Shown here one piece after another: positions 1 through 12,000 of a DNA stretch of 64,000 nt; positions within the stretch are counted from its first letter, which is position 1, and the number at the start of each line of letters is the position of its first letter. The stretch lies in contig JANJGN010000008.1 in NCBI GenBank assembly GCA_026770705.1, positions 60,946,001 through 61,010,000 on the forward strand, written 5' to 3'. This stretch comes from Isurus oxyrinchus (taxonomy: Eukaryota). The position numbers and the translations under genes are program-made. The notes below the pieces were generated by a model that did not search any database, was not told where the DNA came from, and saw only the letters and a program-made list of their open reading frames with translations.

Positions 1-81
1 GAGTTAGAAGGGAGTGGTGCTGGTCTTTTCAAGAATTTTAGTGGAGTTTGAAGCATGCCATCTGAAAACTTTATATCACTC

Positions 82-267
82 ATGGGAGGTATGGTTTCAG
101 TCCCTCTTAGGCTGCAATACAACAGGGAGACAGAGCACAGGCAGCAGAGAGGGACAGAGGGAGGACTCTCAGTAGAAGGCCCCAACCACCAAGGGTCTTC
201 AGAGAGCACTTCTACCTCTATCTCAGCCAGGAGCAGCGTTTGAGGTAGCTAAGATTTATGAAGGAGG
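82..267 (+). pseudogene. 5' part of a degenerate Harbinger (HARBI1-like) transposase, split by the LTR element at 268-23456
   Basis: Reads roughly RRPQPPRVFREHFYLYLSQEQRLR*LRFMKE and joins VVTE...LLQP...SFKAGAGDIA...HCCIREATENL at 23462+, matching the Harbinger N-terminal pattern LRF.KEVVTE.C.LL..DL.P. Confidence 0.7.
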
Positions 268-481
268 TGGTCTGAGCTTGGGTCCTTCTGTCTTGGGCTC
301 TAGATGTGGGAATTGGTTCTTAGACAAACTGTAGACATACTCTGGAATCTGCTTAACATTTGTGTATTAGTACTACTTCTAAACAGGCTACAGAGTAGGC
401 ATGTAACTATCACGCATGATTCCAGCCTCATCATATATGTCACATATTCACATATCCCGCCTGTTAACCCTTCATACTACA
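268..481 (-). repeat. 3' LTR of element A
   Basis: Homologous to 14714-14860 (tctgagcttg..ttctgtcttgg..ggttcttag..ctgtagacatac..tagtactacttctaaacagg) and to 23417-23456; TG..CA ends; preceded on minus strand by PPT GGGGGGAGG (482-490). Confidence 0.8.
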
Positions 482-1791
482 CCTCCCCCCAAGTACGGTA
501 TTCTACTTTTTAACTGCAAAATGAAACTATGGACAGAATTTTCCGTGCCCGCTGGCAGCAGGCCAGGTTTGGCAGTGTGAGGGGACAATATGGTGAGAAG
601 ACCAAAGATCGGTTTCACGACATTGTAAAACCAGTTTGCAAATGTCAGTTCTGCCCATCACTGGCGGGCCACGTTTCCTGTCATCTGAGGTTACAATCTC
701 ATTGTAATACAACTGCATATCATTATAAGGCTAACTCGCCAGAATCATCCGAACATGTCAGCATGATTGAACAGTGACATGTTTCACCATAAGGGGCGTG
801 CACCTGGCAAGCTGCACTTCAAGGGGAACTTGGAGGTGAGTGCACCGTAACGTTGCGTAATGATCGCGAGGTTGCCTGCTGGACTTCAAGGAAGAGGTGC
901 CACACACATAGGCCAGGGCACAGGCAAATCACTTTTTCCTGGCTGGCTAACAGTGCGGTGCTGGGGCAAGGGTTGCCCTGCTGTTGAGGTGACTTCAAAG
1001 GTTGGGGGGGGGGGGTGGCGGGGGTTGGGGGGGGGGGGGGTGTTGTGGGGGGTGCACAGGTTGCCCTGTGGCTGGGGTGAGTTGGGAGAGGGGGCAAGGG
1101 CTACCCTGCGGTTGATGGCAATGTATAAGTACGTGCTGGGAGGGGTGGAAGGGGAGCAGCCACGCATTAGGGATACTTTGTGTAAAGTGACCATTCTTCC
1201 GCAGCTGCGACAGTTCAGGTACAGCCACATTGACTTGCTTAGAGTCCAGCTTCTAGCTTATATGCCCACTCAAGCAAAACAGAAGCATGAGGGGGTCACC
1301 AAGTGCCCCAAAGGTTTTCACCCCTTGGGCACACAAACTGCAAACTAATAAGCATTTTAGTGGACTGCAGAACAGTTGGATGAATGCACACATTGTATAA
1401 TGTCCTTGCTAAAGCTGGCCATGGAGCAGTCACTGGTGGAGGTGCTCACAGCCCTTTGCAATGTCATCATCCCAGTTTGGACCAGTCTCCCTCGTGGTTC
1501 AAGCTAACAATGCAGCCTTGCAGCGTGGGTTATGAGAAGGCCTGAGCTGAGAGCACAGCATACAGTCCAGTGAGTAAACCTGCCGCCAATCGGTCAGGTG
1601 GAATGGGAATGAGTTGGGTGGGGTCTCGGTTTGCCATGCAGCGCACTAAAGTCTGGCCATCCAAGTTTTGACCAGCACTCTTTGGGATGCGTTGAGGGTC
1701 CTTCAGACTTAAACCAAGCAATGTTCTTAGTACAGCCATGCTAATGCACGCATCTCTCTCTTTCAACCTGCAGGAAGAGTACATCAGCAGC

Positions 1792-3005
1792 ATGGAGCCT
1801 GGTGACCAAGCTGTATGCCTCGTGGCTAACAGAGAGTGAAGACAATGGAAGAGAACGCAACTGAGGTGCTTGGCTGGGCAGAGGGAGAAGCAGCATCCTC
1901 AGGAAGAAGAGGTGACTGGGACACCCACACACGTCACTGAATAGCCACAGCGAGCCATCGTTGGTCGGCACCAGCTAGACCCAGGGTCTATAGACGCCAC
2001 TTTTCATTCCTGCATATTACCAGGAACCAGTGTTTCTGAAGACTGCGCATGTCTAGGGAACTGGTCTGTCACATCTGCCAGCTACTGCAGGATTTGGTGC
2101 CATGTGGCCATGGAGGGCATCCACTGCCCATGGCTGTGAAAGTGACCACGGCACTCAATTTTTACGTCAATGGCTCCTTTCAGGGTTCCCCAGGTGATCT
2201 CTGTGGGATATAGCTAGCTTCCACACACAAAGGCATCCATGAGGTCATGGGCTCCAACTTCGCGAAGGCACACAACATTGTGCTTTTTGCCCAGGACCAG
2301 GAAAGCCAGGGATGGGATTTGTCCAGATCTCAGGTTTCCCACAGGTGCAGGGTGCCATCAGCTGCACTCACATGACTCTCAGATCTCCATGGCCACACAC
2401 AGTCAACTATGTCAACCACTAGGTCTCAACTCACTGAATGGGCAGCTGGTGTGCAACCACCACAAATGCATCCTGCAGGTCTGCGCATGGTTCCCAGGGA
2501 GTGTCAATGGCTCCTACATTCTCAATCAGTCTCAAATCTCTAAAGTATTTCAGGGTCCAGACAGGCTGCACGATTGGTTTCTCAGGAACAAGGGCTACCT
2601 GCAGAGATGTGGCTGATGACGCCTGTGTGGCAGCCTCAGACTGCAGCAGAGTGAAGATATAATGAGGCTCTTGGTGGAGCAAACCATCAGGATGCTGAAA
2701 ATGAGGCTCCGGTGCCTGGATCTGTCTGGTGAACCCTGCAATATAGGCAACAGAGGGTGTCATGCATCACCGTTGCCTGCTGAGCTCTTTACAACCTGGC
2801 ATTGCAACAGGGAGAGGAGTTGGCCTAGGATGAGATGCAGGAGCTGTAGGCCTCCTCCGATGAGGAGGACGTTGATGGGGATGAGGGTGAGGAGGTCCTC
2901 GAAGGCGACGATGATGGTAATGAGGCCATTGCATTATCCAGAGGAGGCAGGCACACTCAGGAGGTCCTCATAGCTGCTAGATTTGTGGAGGATGATGACA
3001 ACATG
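1792..3005 (+). pseudogene. Harbinger DDE transposase (HARBI1/DDE_Tnp_4-like) with stops and frameshifts
   Basis: YRRHFSFL..QCF*RLRMSRELVCHICQLLQDL..GHPLPMAVKVTTALNFY..GSFQ; SLNGQLVCNHHKCILQVCAWFPGSV; WFLRNKGY; VEQTIRMLKMRLRCLDLSG; acidic tail; putative 5'UTR intron 836-1773 (GTGAGT, CTAAT branch, polypyrimidine, CTGCAG). Confidence 0.85.
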
Positions 3006-3230
3006 AGTGAGAAGACACCATAGGCCCTCACATTGCATCTGTGAATGTTTGACTCCAGTCTGGCTGATGGCAGCGCACATACCCTCTGTGATAAGGCCCC
3101 TGTCATGGCGACACAGTGGAGGCCCTAATTGTCACTCAATTCCAGGAGGATGATGACAACATGCATTGAGGACACTCCATAGACCTTCACATAGCCTCTG
3201 TGAATGCCTGACTCCTGTCTGGCTGAGGGC
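2988..3230 (+). repeat. About 158-bp imperfect direct repeat between the two Harbinger genes
   Basis: gaggatgatgacaacatg...tgtgaatg..tgactcc..tctggctga at about 2988 and about 3146. Confidence 0.7.
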
Positions 3231-3734
3231 AGTTTGTTTGCACTCTGTGATCAGGGTTATATCATAGAGATGCAGCAATGAAACTTTAAATGCACCTGAT
3301 CCTTTGTCCGCCTTCAGCAGCTGACTGCTTCATGAGCACAGCGTCATTGGTCTCAGATGCTGAAGAGATGGGGCCAGCCCCACCTCAAAGGTGCTGAAAA
3401 CACACAGAGAAAATGTTGGAACTCTGTGACACCTGCCCACGACATTCTGGCAGCAATGACAAGCACCATCGAGATGCAGGCATCACTAATGTGTCCAGTG
3501 AGTGTGATGCCGGACCATCACTTTGGTCTGAAGGCAGCACAAAGCACAGGGAAGTGGCTCTGGACAGAGACACCTGCCTTTATCTTGTACAGGAACCAAG
3601 GTTTCACATCTGAGTGACATGGATACTGCTCATCAGCACAAGGAGCCATAAGCAAGGAAACAGTCTTGGGAGTTTATTTACAATAGTGAACATTATGTAC
3701 AAGTGATTAATACGCGTGTCCAGACTGTGCAACT

Positions 3735-5412
3735 GCAACTTCTTAACCTTCCTAACTCTGCCGCTATGGCTTGGTGCTCCCCCGACATCCACAGCAGAGG
3801 TGAAGGCAGCCTGCTGACTGCTACACCCTGCCTGTGATAATGTTTGTGGCCATCCTCTGTAGGGCCACCTGGAGGGCTCAGGTCTGCTTTCAGGATCCTG
3901 CAGTGTGGCAGTGTCAGTATCCTTGGCCTGTGGAGCTGGAGCTGCTGGGGTCACAGGAAGAGGGGATTTGGATGGGCTGGAGTCTCCCGGAGTCACCTGG
4001 GTGGATGGCCCCAGGGTGTGCACGTGCTGATCCTCCTCCATAAGGGTGCACGAGGACCTCTGGTTGACTCCTTGAGGAAAACGGGTAGTTGGAGTGAGAT
4101 CGAGCTGCACCGCACCCTCCTCCCATTTACACTGTTGGAGGCCAACTATGTCATCAGTGATAGAAATCAGCCTATGCATCAGTGCAAGACTGATGTCCTG
4201 GACCAAGGTCTCCAAGGTGGCTGCCATCCTACCAGTGTTGACCTTGATGTATTGGCATGCCAGTGATATCACCTCAGCCTGAAGGCAGATGGACTCCTCC
4301 ATCATCCCTTGCAATCTGAGGACTGCAGCGGACATCCCTTCCTGTTGTTCCCTAGCTTGCCTTTGCAGCTCCAGCAACTGTAACATGACCGAGTCCAGAG
4401 GGTCGTCATCTGACTCAGACTCAGCAGATTTCTGGCTTCCAGCAGTACGCCGAGTGCCGGAGACCTGGAAAGTCCCTGTTGCCATCTGCTGCAAATCAGA
4501 AAGTGCGACGTGCTCACCAGATTGTGATCTCGAGGCTACTCTAAAGGTAGGTCCTTCTGATATGTGTGTTTGTGCTGGTGGATGGTGTGGGTGAGTGTTT
4601 TGGTGGATCTCTAATGAGGGTGCCTTCAGATTCCTCTTCAGGGGTTTCTTTGGAGCTTGATTGGAGGCCCTGGGTCATGGACTCCATCAACTGTTTCCCA
4701 GATGTGCCTAAGAAAGCAAGGAGAGATAATTACTGCATGGCAGGGAACTGCGGCATAGGACACATCACTCACAGCATGGTTGTCTGATGGATGTTGCACT
4801 GCTGGGTCCTCACTTGGTAGAGCACCGCTGACCTCACCGTCAGCACAGGACCGGTCCAGATCCTCGCCGGCCAGCTGGATGGCTCTGTTTTCAAAGTTCG
4901 TGACGACCTTAATTTCGGGTATTCCTCCACCAGTCAGCAACCTTTCCCTGTTGTGTGCCATCTTGTCCTACATGAATTGAGATGGAGAGAGTGTAAGCAG
5001 GATGCCAGCCAGGCCAGATGATAAGTATGCCTGGCATGTGTGGGTGGTTAGTGGTCCCATGGATGGAGTGAAGACAATGAGAGTGAATGGTGATGTCCCT
5101 TGAACTGGCTGCGAGTGAGATCCCTGTGAATGTCTAGTGTGTGAGTTAAGAGTGATGAGATGAGTAACTTACCCTGGTGGAACGGAAGTGATCATTCATC
5201 CTCTTTTGGCACTGGATGACTGTCCTCTTTTGTAAGACATTGGCACTGACCATTGCTGCCACTGCCATCCACGCTGAAATGGTGGTGTTGCTGTCCCTCC
5301 TGTGGCTAGACGCGGGTAGAGGACATCATGGCGGGTCTCCACGGCACCAAGAGGCGCTCAAGGGATGCATCAGTCTGATGGGGTCAGCAGTCTTCTTGCT
5401 TTTTGGGGCCAT
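3735..5412 (-). pseudogene. Spliced Harbinger Myb/SANT-like (NAIF1/MSANTD-type) accessory gene
   Basis: Exon 1 5412-5173 (MAPKSKK..DASLERLL; donor GTAAGT); exon 2 from 4967 (DKMAHNRERLLTGGGIPEIKVVT.FE.RAIQL); exon 3 from 4707 after a polypyrimidine tract and AG, including the 296-aa open frame 3604-4494 with coiled-coil and Pro/Ser-rich segments and basic end SGRVRKVKK. Confidence 0.75.
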
Positions 5413-5960
5413 GTCTTCTTTGCAGCAGTCCTGGGCTGGAAGCACCGCTGCATTTTCAGTATGGCGCCCTGCGTGACAAAGCAGTGAGGTGATGGCATGG
5501 CAGGCGAATGAGAGCCCATCTGCCATTGAAATGGCATGTTTCCCGAGAATGCATAATTAATGAGGCAGGATTGGGATGATACGGTGTGAAAAGCCGCCAT
5601 TGTGGCCGGCAGGTAAAACATCCTTTTTCCTGCCCGTTATCGCACTTAGTGCAAATCTGGGACAATTTCACCCAATGTCTTTTCCTATTTACATTGTATT
5701 TCTGTAACTCCCCTTTTACAACTACTGATTGTACTTAACTCCAACTCACAGTGCTGGGGGATTCACTCTGCCTCAGTATTCTCGGCCCTTAGGGGACGTA
5801 GGAGTAAGAATAGGCCATTTAGCCTGTTGAGCTTGCTCCACCATTCAGTATGATGATGGCTGATCATTCACTTCAATGCCTTTTTCCCACACTATCCCCA
5901 TATCCCTTTGTGTCATTGGTATTTAAAAATCTGTCAATCTCTGCTTTAAACATACTCAAT

Positions 5961-7236
5961 GGACAGAATTGTCCCAGATTTGCACTAAGTGTGGTAGCGG
6001 GCAAGTAAAACGACATTCTGCTCACTGGCCGCAATGGCAGCTTTTCACGTCATATCGTCCCAAACCCGCTGCATTAGTTATGCATTCCCGGGAAACATGT
6101 CATTTCGATGCTGGGTGGGCTCTTATTCGCCCACCCAACATCACCTCGCCATCACACTGGGCACCATATTTAAAGTCTAGCTGCGCGCACACATCTCAGT
6201 GCTTCCAGTCCATGACTACTGCAGGGAAGATGTCCACGAAAGGCAAAAAGGACTGCAGCCCCCAGGTTTAGTGACGCATCACTGAATTGTCTTTGGGACA
6301 CTGCAGAGGCCAGCCACAACATCCTCAACCCCCGATCTGGTCGCAGGATGGTCAACAGTGTGACCAACCAGGCTTGCTAGGCGATGAAAGTGGTGATCAG
6401 TGCCAAAGCTGCACAGAAGAAGTTGGTCATCCAATTCAGATAAAGGATGAATGATGTCATTCATCCAGCCAGGGTAAGGCAACCATCTCATCGCTCTAAA
6501 CTCACACACTCAAGCCCATCACACATTCACTGGCATTTCACTCAGTGCCAGCTCAAGGGACATCACCACCCATTCTCACGCACATACGCTCACATCTCCA
6601 TCTGGCCTCATCTCCTCTGGACACTGCGTCCTCAGTCCTCACATTCTTGAGGCCACTTGCACAGATCAACATGTCCCCCCACACATGCCCTGGGTTACCT
6701 TCCTTCCCCAGTGCAGCCCTTGTCCTGCAGCCTCTTCCTTTTTCTGAGGCCATTTCTCCTCCTTCCCCAAGCAAGCCCTAGCCCTGCAGCCATTGAAATG
6801 CCACACACATGTGGCTGATCTGGTTGTTAGAGACCTGCTGTGAGCCCCCCTAAAAGTGATGTGGTGCTGTCTGTGAAGCTGGTGATTGTGAGTGCTGACT
6901 GAAGCAAGGTAAGGCAAACAATCCTTGAATTCCTGAGTGAAATGGAGCTGACAGATGTACATTGCATATGTGCTGTTGTAAAAAATGTCATTTTCCCACC
7001 GACGGAGGTGGACGATCCAGCGGGGGTGGGGTGATTCCAGTGGGCTGGCCTAATAATGATATGCAGATGTGTTACAATGAGGTTCCTGATGTCTGGGTGG
7101 GAAATGCAGCCTGCTATTGGCAGGCTGAGTGGATGATCGCAAACTGGTTTCATGCCGTTGTGAAACCGATTGCGCCATATTGTCCTCTCATGCCACCGAA
7201 CGGGCCTGACGTTGACGGGCATGGAAAATCCCAACC
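5961..7236 (-). mobile_element. Internally deleted, non-autonomous relative of the 531-5673 Harbinger in opposite orientation
   Basis: 5961-6300 is the reverse complement of 5350-5673; 6990-7236 is the reverse complement of 531-760; AAT TSD inside the CR1 3' end; retains Myb exon 1 (about 6230-6473, donor GTAAGG); no transposase. Confidence 0.85.
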
Positions 7237-8791
7237 AATGACTGAGCTTCCACAGCCCTCTGGGGCACAGAGTTCCAAAGATTCGTAGCCCTCTGAGTAA
7301 AAAAAAATTCTCCTCATCTTGGTCCTAAGTGGCTTTCCACATAATTTGAAATTGTGTCCCCCAGGTTTTAGACTCCCCAACCATTTTATCTCCATCTACC
7401 CTGTCTATCACTTTAAGTATTTTTTAGGTTTCATTCACCTCTCAGGCCCAGTTTCCTCAATCTTTCTTCATAGGACAGTCCTGTCATCCTGGGAACCTGG
7501 TGAACCTTCGTTGCACTCCCTCCAAGGCAGTATTATCCTTCCTAAGGTAAGGGGACAAAAACTGCACACAGTTCTCCAGGAGCGGTCTCACTAAGGTCCT
7601 ATACAATTGAAACAAGATTTCACTACTCCTGTATTCAAATCCTCTTGCAATAAAGGCTAACATTCTATTAGCTGTCCCAATTGCCTGCTGCACCTGCATG
7701 TTAGCTGCCAGTGATTTATTGACAAGGACACCCAGGTCCCTTTGTGCATCTACACTTTCTAATCTCTCACCATTTAAGGAATACTCTGCACATCTGTTCC
7801 TCCTGCCAAAATGAATAATCTCAATTTTCCACATTTTGTTCCATCTGCCATGTTCTTGCCCACTCATTAAGTCTTGTCCAAATCCCCCTGAAGTCGTTTT
7901 GCATCTTCCTCACAACATACATTCCCGCCTAGCTTTGTGTCATCGATGAACTTGGAAATATTACATTTGGCCCCTGCATCCAAATCATTGATATATATTG
8001 TGAATATCTGGGGCCTGGGTACTGATCCTTTTGTTACCCGACTAGTCACTGCCTGCCAATGCGAGAATGACACATTTTTTCCTACTCTCTGTTTTCTGCT
8101 TGTTAATCAATCCTTAATCTATGCCGGTATATTAACTCATTAATTTTGCTAACTTACCTCCTGTGGGGGACTTTATCGAAAGCCTTCTGAAAATCCAAGT
8201 ACACTATACCCACTCCCCTTTATCAATTCTGTTAGTAACATCCTCAAAAAACTCCACAGGTTCATCAAACATGATTTCCTATTCATAAATCCATGTTGAC
8301 TATGCCCAATCAGATCATTATCATCGAAGTGTTCATTTATCACATCCTTTATAACAAGTTCCAGAATTTTCCCCACTAATGATGTAAGGCTAACAGGTCT
8401 GTAGTTCCTTGTTTTCTCTCTCCCTCCCTACTTCAATAGTAGAGAGACATTGGCTACCTTCCAATCTGCAGAAACCATTCCAGAATCAATAGAATTTTGG
8501 AAGATGATCACCAATGCATCCACTATCTCCATAGCAATCTCTTTCAAACTCTGAGATATACAATATCAGGTCCTAAGGATTTATCAACCTTCAGTCACAT
8601 TAATTTCTCCATTACAACCTTCTTACTAATTTCCTTCAATTCCTCATCCTCCCTAGTCCCTTGGATCTCTAATTCTGAGAGATTTCTTGCATATTCCACA
8701 GTGAAGTCAGACTCAAAGTAATCATTTAGCTTCTCTGCCACTTCTCTATTCCCCATTATAAATTCTCCTGACTCTGTCTGTAATGGACCCA

Positions 8792-9099
8792 AAACAAAAA
8801 CAGAATTACCTGGAAAAACTCAGCAGGTCTGGCAGCATCGGCGGAGAAGAAAAGAGCTGATGCCTTGAGTCCTCATGACCCTTCGACAGAACTTGAGTTC
8901 GAGTCCAAGAAAGAGTTGAAATATAAGCTGGTATTTCAACTCTTTCTTGGACTCAAACTCAAGTTCTGTCGAAGGGTCATGAGGACTCGAGGCGTCAGCT
9001 CTTTTCTTCTCCGCCGATGCTGCCAGTACTGCTGAGTTTTTCCAGGTAATTCTGTTTTTGTTTTGGATTTCCAGCATCCACAGTTTTTTTGTTTTTATA
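8792..9099 (+). mobile_element. Fold-back Penelope-type pLTR insertion: about 137-bp inverted arms plus 35-bp tail, 15-bp TSD
   Basis: Arms symmetric about AGCT 8926-8929; TSD TCTGTAATGGACCCA at 8777-8791 and 9100-9114; each arm carries a hammerhead-like motif; same family as 61530-61765 and 37803-37860. Penelope assignment is inferred from architecture. Confidence 0.75.
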
Positions 9100-12000
9100 T
9101 CTGTAATGGACCCACATTTGTCTTAGCCAAATTTTTCCTTATTGCATACCTATAGAAGCTTTTACAGTCCATTTGTATGTTTTTTGGTAGTTTACATTCA
9201 TATTCTATTCTCCCTTTCTTTATCAGTTTTTTGGTCCTCCTTTGCTGTATTCTAAAATGCTCCCAATCCTCAGGTTTACTACTATTTCTGGCAACTTCAT
9301 AGGCCTTTTCTTTTAATCTTATTCGATGCTTAACTTCCCTTGTTAGTCACGGTTAATTGACTTTTATTTTTGGGCTTTTGTGCCTTGAAGGAATGTATAA
9401 TTGCTGTAAACTATGCAATAATTCTGAAATGACTATCAATTGCCTGTGTACCGTCATACCTTTTAATGTATTTTCCCAATCCACCTCAGCCAATTTGCCC
9501 TTCATACCTTCATAATTTCTTTTGTTCAACTTTAATGCTCTGACTTCAGTTTGAACTACCTCACTTTCAAAGAGAATGTAAAATTCTATCATATTATGGT
9601 CACTCATCCCTACAGATTCTTTCATAACAACACTATTCATTATCCCTTCCTTGTTGCATAATACTAGATCTAAAATTGCCCGTTCTCTAGTCGATTCCTC
9701 AAAATACTGCTCTGGAATACCATCCGTAACACACTCCAGAAACTCATCCTCCACAGTATTAATGCTGATTAGATTTATCCACCCTATATGCAGATTGAAG
9801 TCACCCATGTTTACTTATTACCCATGCTACATGCTTCTCTGACCTCTTGATTAATACCATGACCCACACTAGAACTACTGTTTGGTGGCCTATAAACAGC
9901 TCCTACCTGCTGCTCCTTGCTGTTTCTTAGCTCCACCCAAACAGATTCCACATTTTGTTCTTCATTTCTGAGATCCTCCCTTACTAATGTACTGATCCTA
10001 TCCCTTATTATCAGGGCAACACCACCTTCTTTTCCTTTTTCCCTGTTCTTCTTAAATGTCGAATATCCTCCTTGAATATTCAGTTCGCAGTCTTGGTCAC
10101 CCAGTAGCCATGTTTAAATAATGGCAGTTACATAATACCCACTTACCTCTATTTGCGTCTTTAAATCATCTACCTTATTGTGAATGCTGAGTGCATTCAG
10201 GTAGAGTGCCCTTAACTTTGTCTTTTTTGTCATTTTTCCACATTCTGAGCCTTTCATCTCGCCTGCCTTCTAATGTCACTTGCTACTTCTCTTTCTATTC
10301 CCAGCTTTACTTCATTCCAATATGAGCTACCCCTCAGGTTCCCACCCCCCTGACAAGCTAGTTCAAACTCTCCCCTAAAGCATAGCAAATCTCCCTGCAA
10401 GGATATTAATCCAGGTCCTGTTAATGTGTAACCCGTACATCTTGTAAGGCCCCATCTGCCCCAGAACCAGTCCCAATGCCTCAGAAGTCTGATGTCCTCC
10501 TGCCTACACTAATTCTCCAGCCATGTGTTCAATTGCTCAACCTCCTTTTCCTATGCTCACTAGCACCTGGCATTGGGAATAATCCCAAGATTACTGCTTT
10601 TTAGTCTTCTTAACTCCCTAAAATCAGCTTTCAGGAGCTCATCCCTCTTCCTACCTATGTCATTGGTACCAATATGGACCATGACCTCTGGTGTTCACCC
10701 TCCCTCAGAAGAATGTCCTGCAGCAGCTACATGGCATCCTTGACCCTGACACTACGGAGGTAACACACCATCCTGGCATCATATTTACAGCTGCAGAAAC
10801 ACCTGTCTGATCCGTTGCCTATCACTATTGATCTCCCACTTTTCTTCTTCCCGTCCTGTGCAGCTGAGCCACCCATGGTGCCACGGACTTGGATCTGGCT
10901 GCACTCCTCTGAGGAACCATCACCCTCACCAGTATCCAAAATGGAAAACTGATTAGCAAGCAAGATAGACTCAAGGAGCTCTTGCACTCCCTGCCTGGTT
11001 CTCTTAGGCTGCCTGGTGGCCATCTATTCCCTGTCTGTCTGCATGTTTTAACCTGCAGTGTGACTACCTCCCTAAACATGCTATCCATATAGTTCTCTGC
11101 CCCACAGATTCACCGCAGTTACTCTAACTGCCGCTCAAGTTTCAAAACCCAGAGCTCAAGCTTCTGCAGCTGGAGACATTTCCTGCAAATGTATTTATCT
11201 AGGACACATGGTGTGTCCATGACTTCCAACATACCACAGGGTGTACATTCCTCTCGGCCACGCTGACCTTCACCTGCCTTACCATAACTATTACAATTAG
11301 AATAAGTAAAATATCTTACCAGTTACTCACCAATCAGCGTCTTCCCCTGTACCAAAGTAAGAGCCAACTATGAGAGGCTGAAAAGGTAGAAAAAGAAAGG
11401 AAGGCCTCCCTCACTGAACTCCCTCAATCAACAAACTCCTTGCTTGACACTCCTTGCACTCAAAGCAGCACTCAGGGCAGACTAAGCAGCACTGAGGATC
11501 CCTGATTCAAGCTTTGAAAACCATTTTAAGCTAGCTACCTAATTAACTAGCTATAGCTGCTCTCAGGGAGCTTGTATACCACTGTTGAAGGCCTGAATAA
11601 ACTTAACTTCTCTTAATTTAAGGAACATTTTTAGTGATTGATAAATTAAAGATAAAAAACTAAACTTTAAACTGAATATAACCTTAAAATTCCCTCAGTC
11701 ACCAGACTCAGCAGCTCTCAGTGCAGAAGATGGCTTTGAGACATGAATGCTTTCTTTTGCATCTGGTAGGCCATCATCATCTGTAGAATAGGACAATACT
11801 TTAGCATCATTGCTGTTAGCATAGCTGGGAAGCTGAGTGTAGCTTTCAAGATGACTTAACTGCAAGAACAATGAGGACTGTTCAATGAAAGACTGATTCA
11901 AAAGAGGAAACTGAAGAGAAACAAACTTTGGACCCTCTGGGACTGGACACTCTGAGGAGCTTGTTGTGACCTCGAAGCACTGTGGGAAGAAACTTCAGAA

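Larger units (their letters stand above)
531..5673 (+). mobile_element. Full-length PIF/Harbinger DNA transposon with convergent transposase and Myb/SANT genes, degenerate
   Basis: Imperfect TIRs GGACAGAATTTT...GACAATTTCACCC; 3-bp flanks TAT/AAT; both ends recur in the derivative at 5961-7236; transposase on +, Myb-like gene on -. Confidence 0.85.
5797..11700 (-). mobile_element. Near full-length degenerate CR1 (HER1-type) LINE with ORF1 and ORF2, interrupted at 5961-7236 and 8792-9099
   Basis: 3' end 5797-5960 continuing at 7237; RT (SKFIDDTKLGG, LVRPLLENCVQFLSPYLRKD); APE (MGDFNLH, ILDLVL, MSDHNMIEF); ORF1 with Cys-rich N-terminus and SGNH-esterase-like block (LANQFSILD, SIVIG, RMVCYL..RVKD) about 10330-11250; AT-rich 5'UTR. 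Confidence 0.9.

Noticed and set aside
819-1348. Pro-rich and Gly-rich ORFs
   Set aside because: They are by-products of the G-rich tract in the Harbinger intron.
8792-9099. Fold-back elements read as DNA-transposon MITEs or pre-miRNAs
   Set aside because: TSDs are long and variable (15 and 11 bp), there is an asymmetric tail and the centres differ between copies, which fits retrotransposition better.
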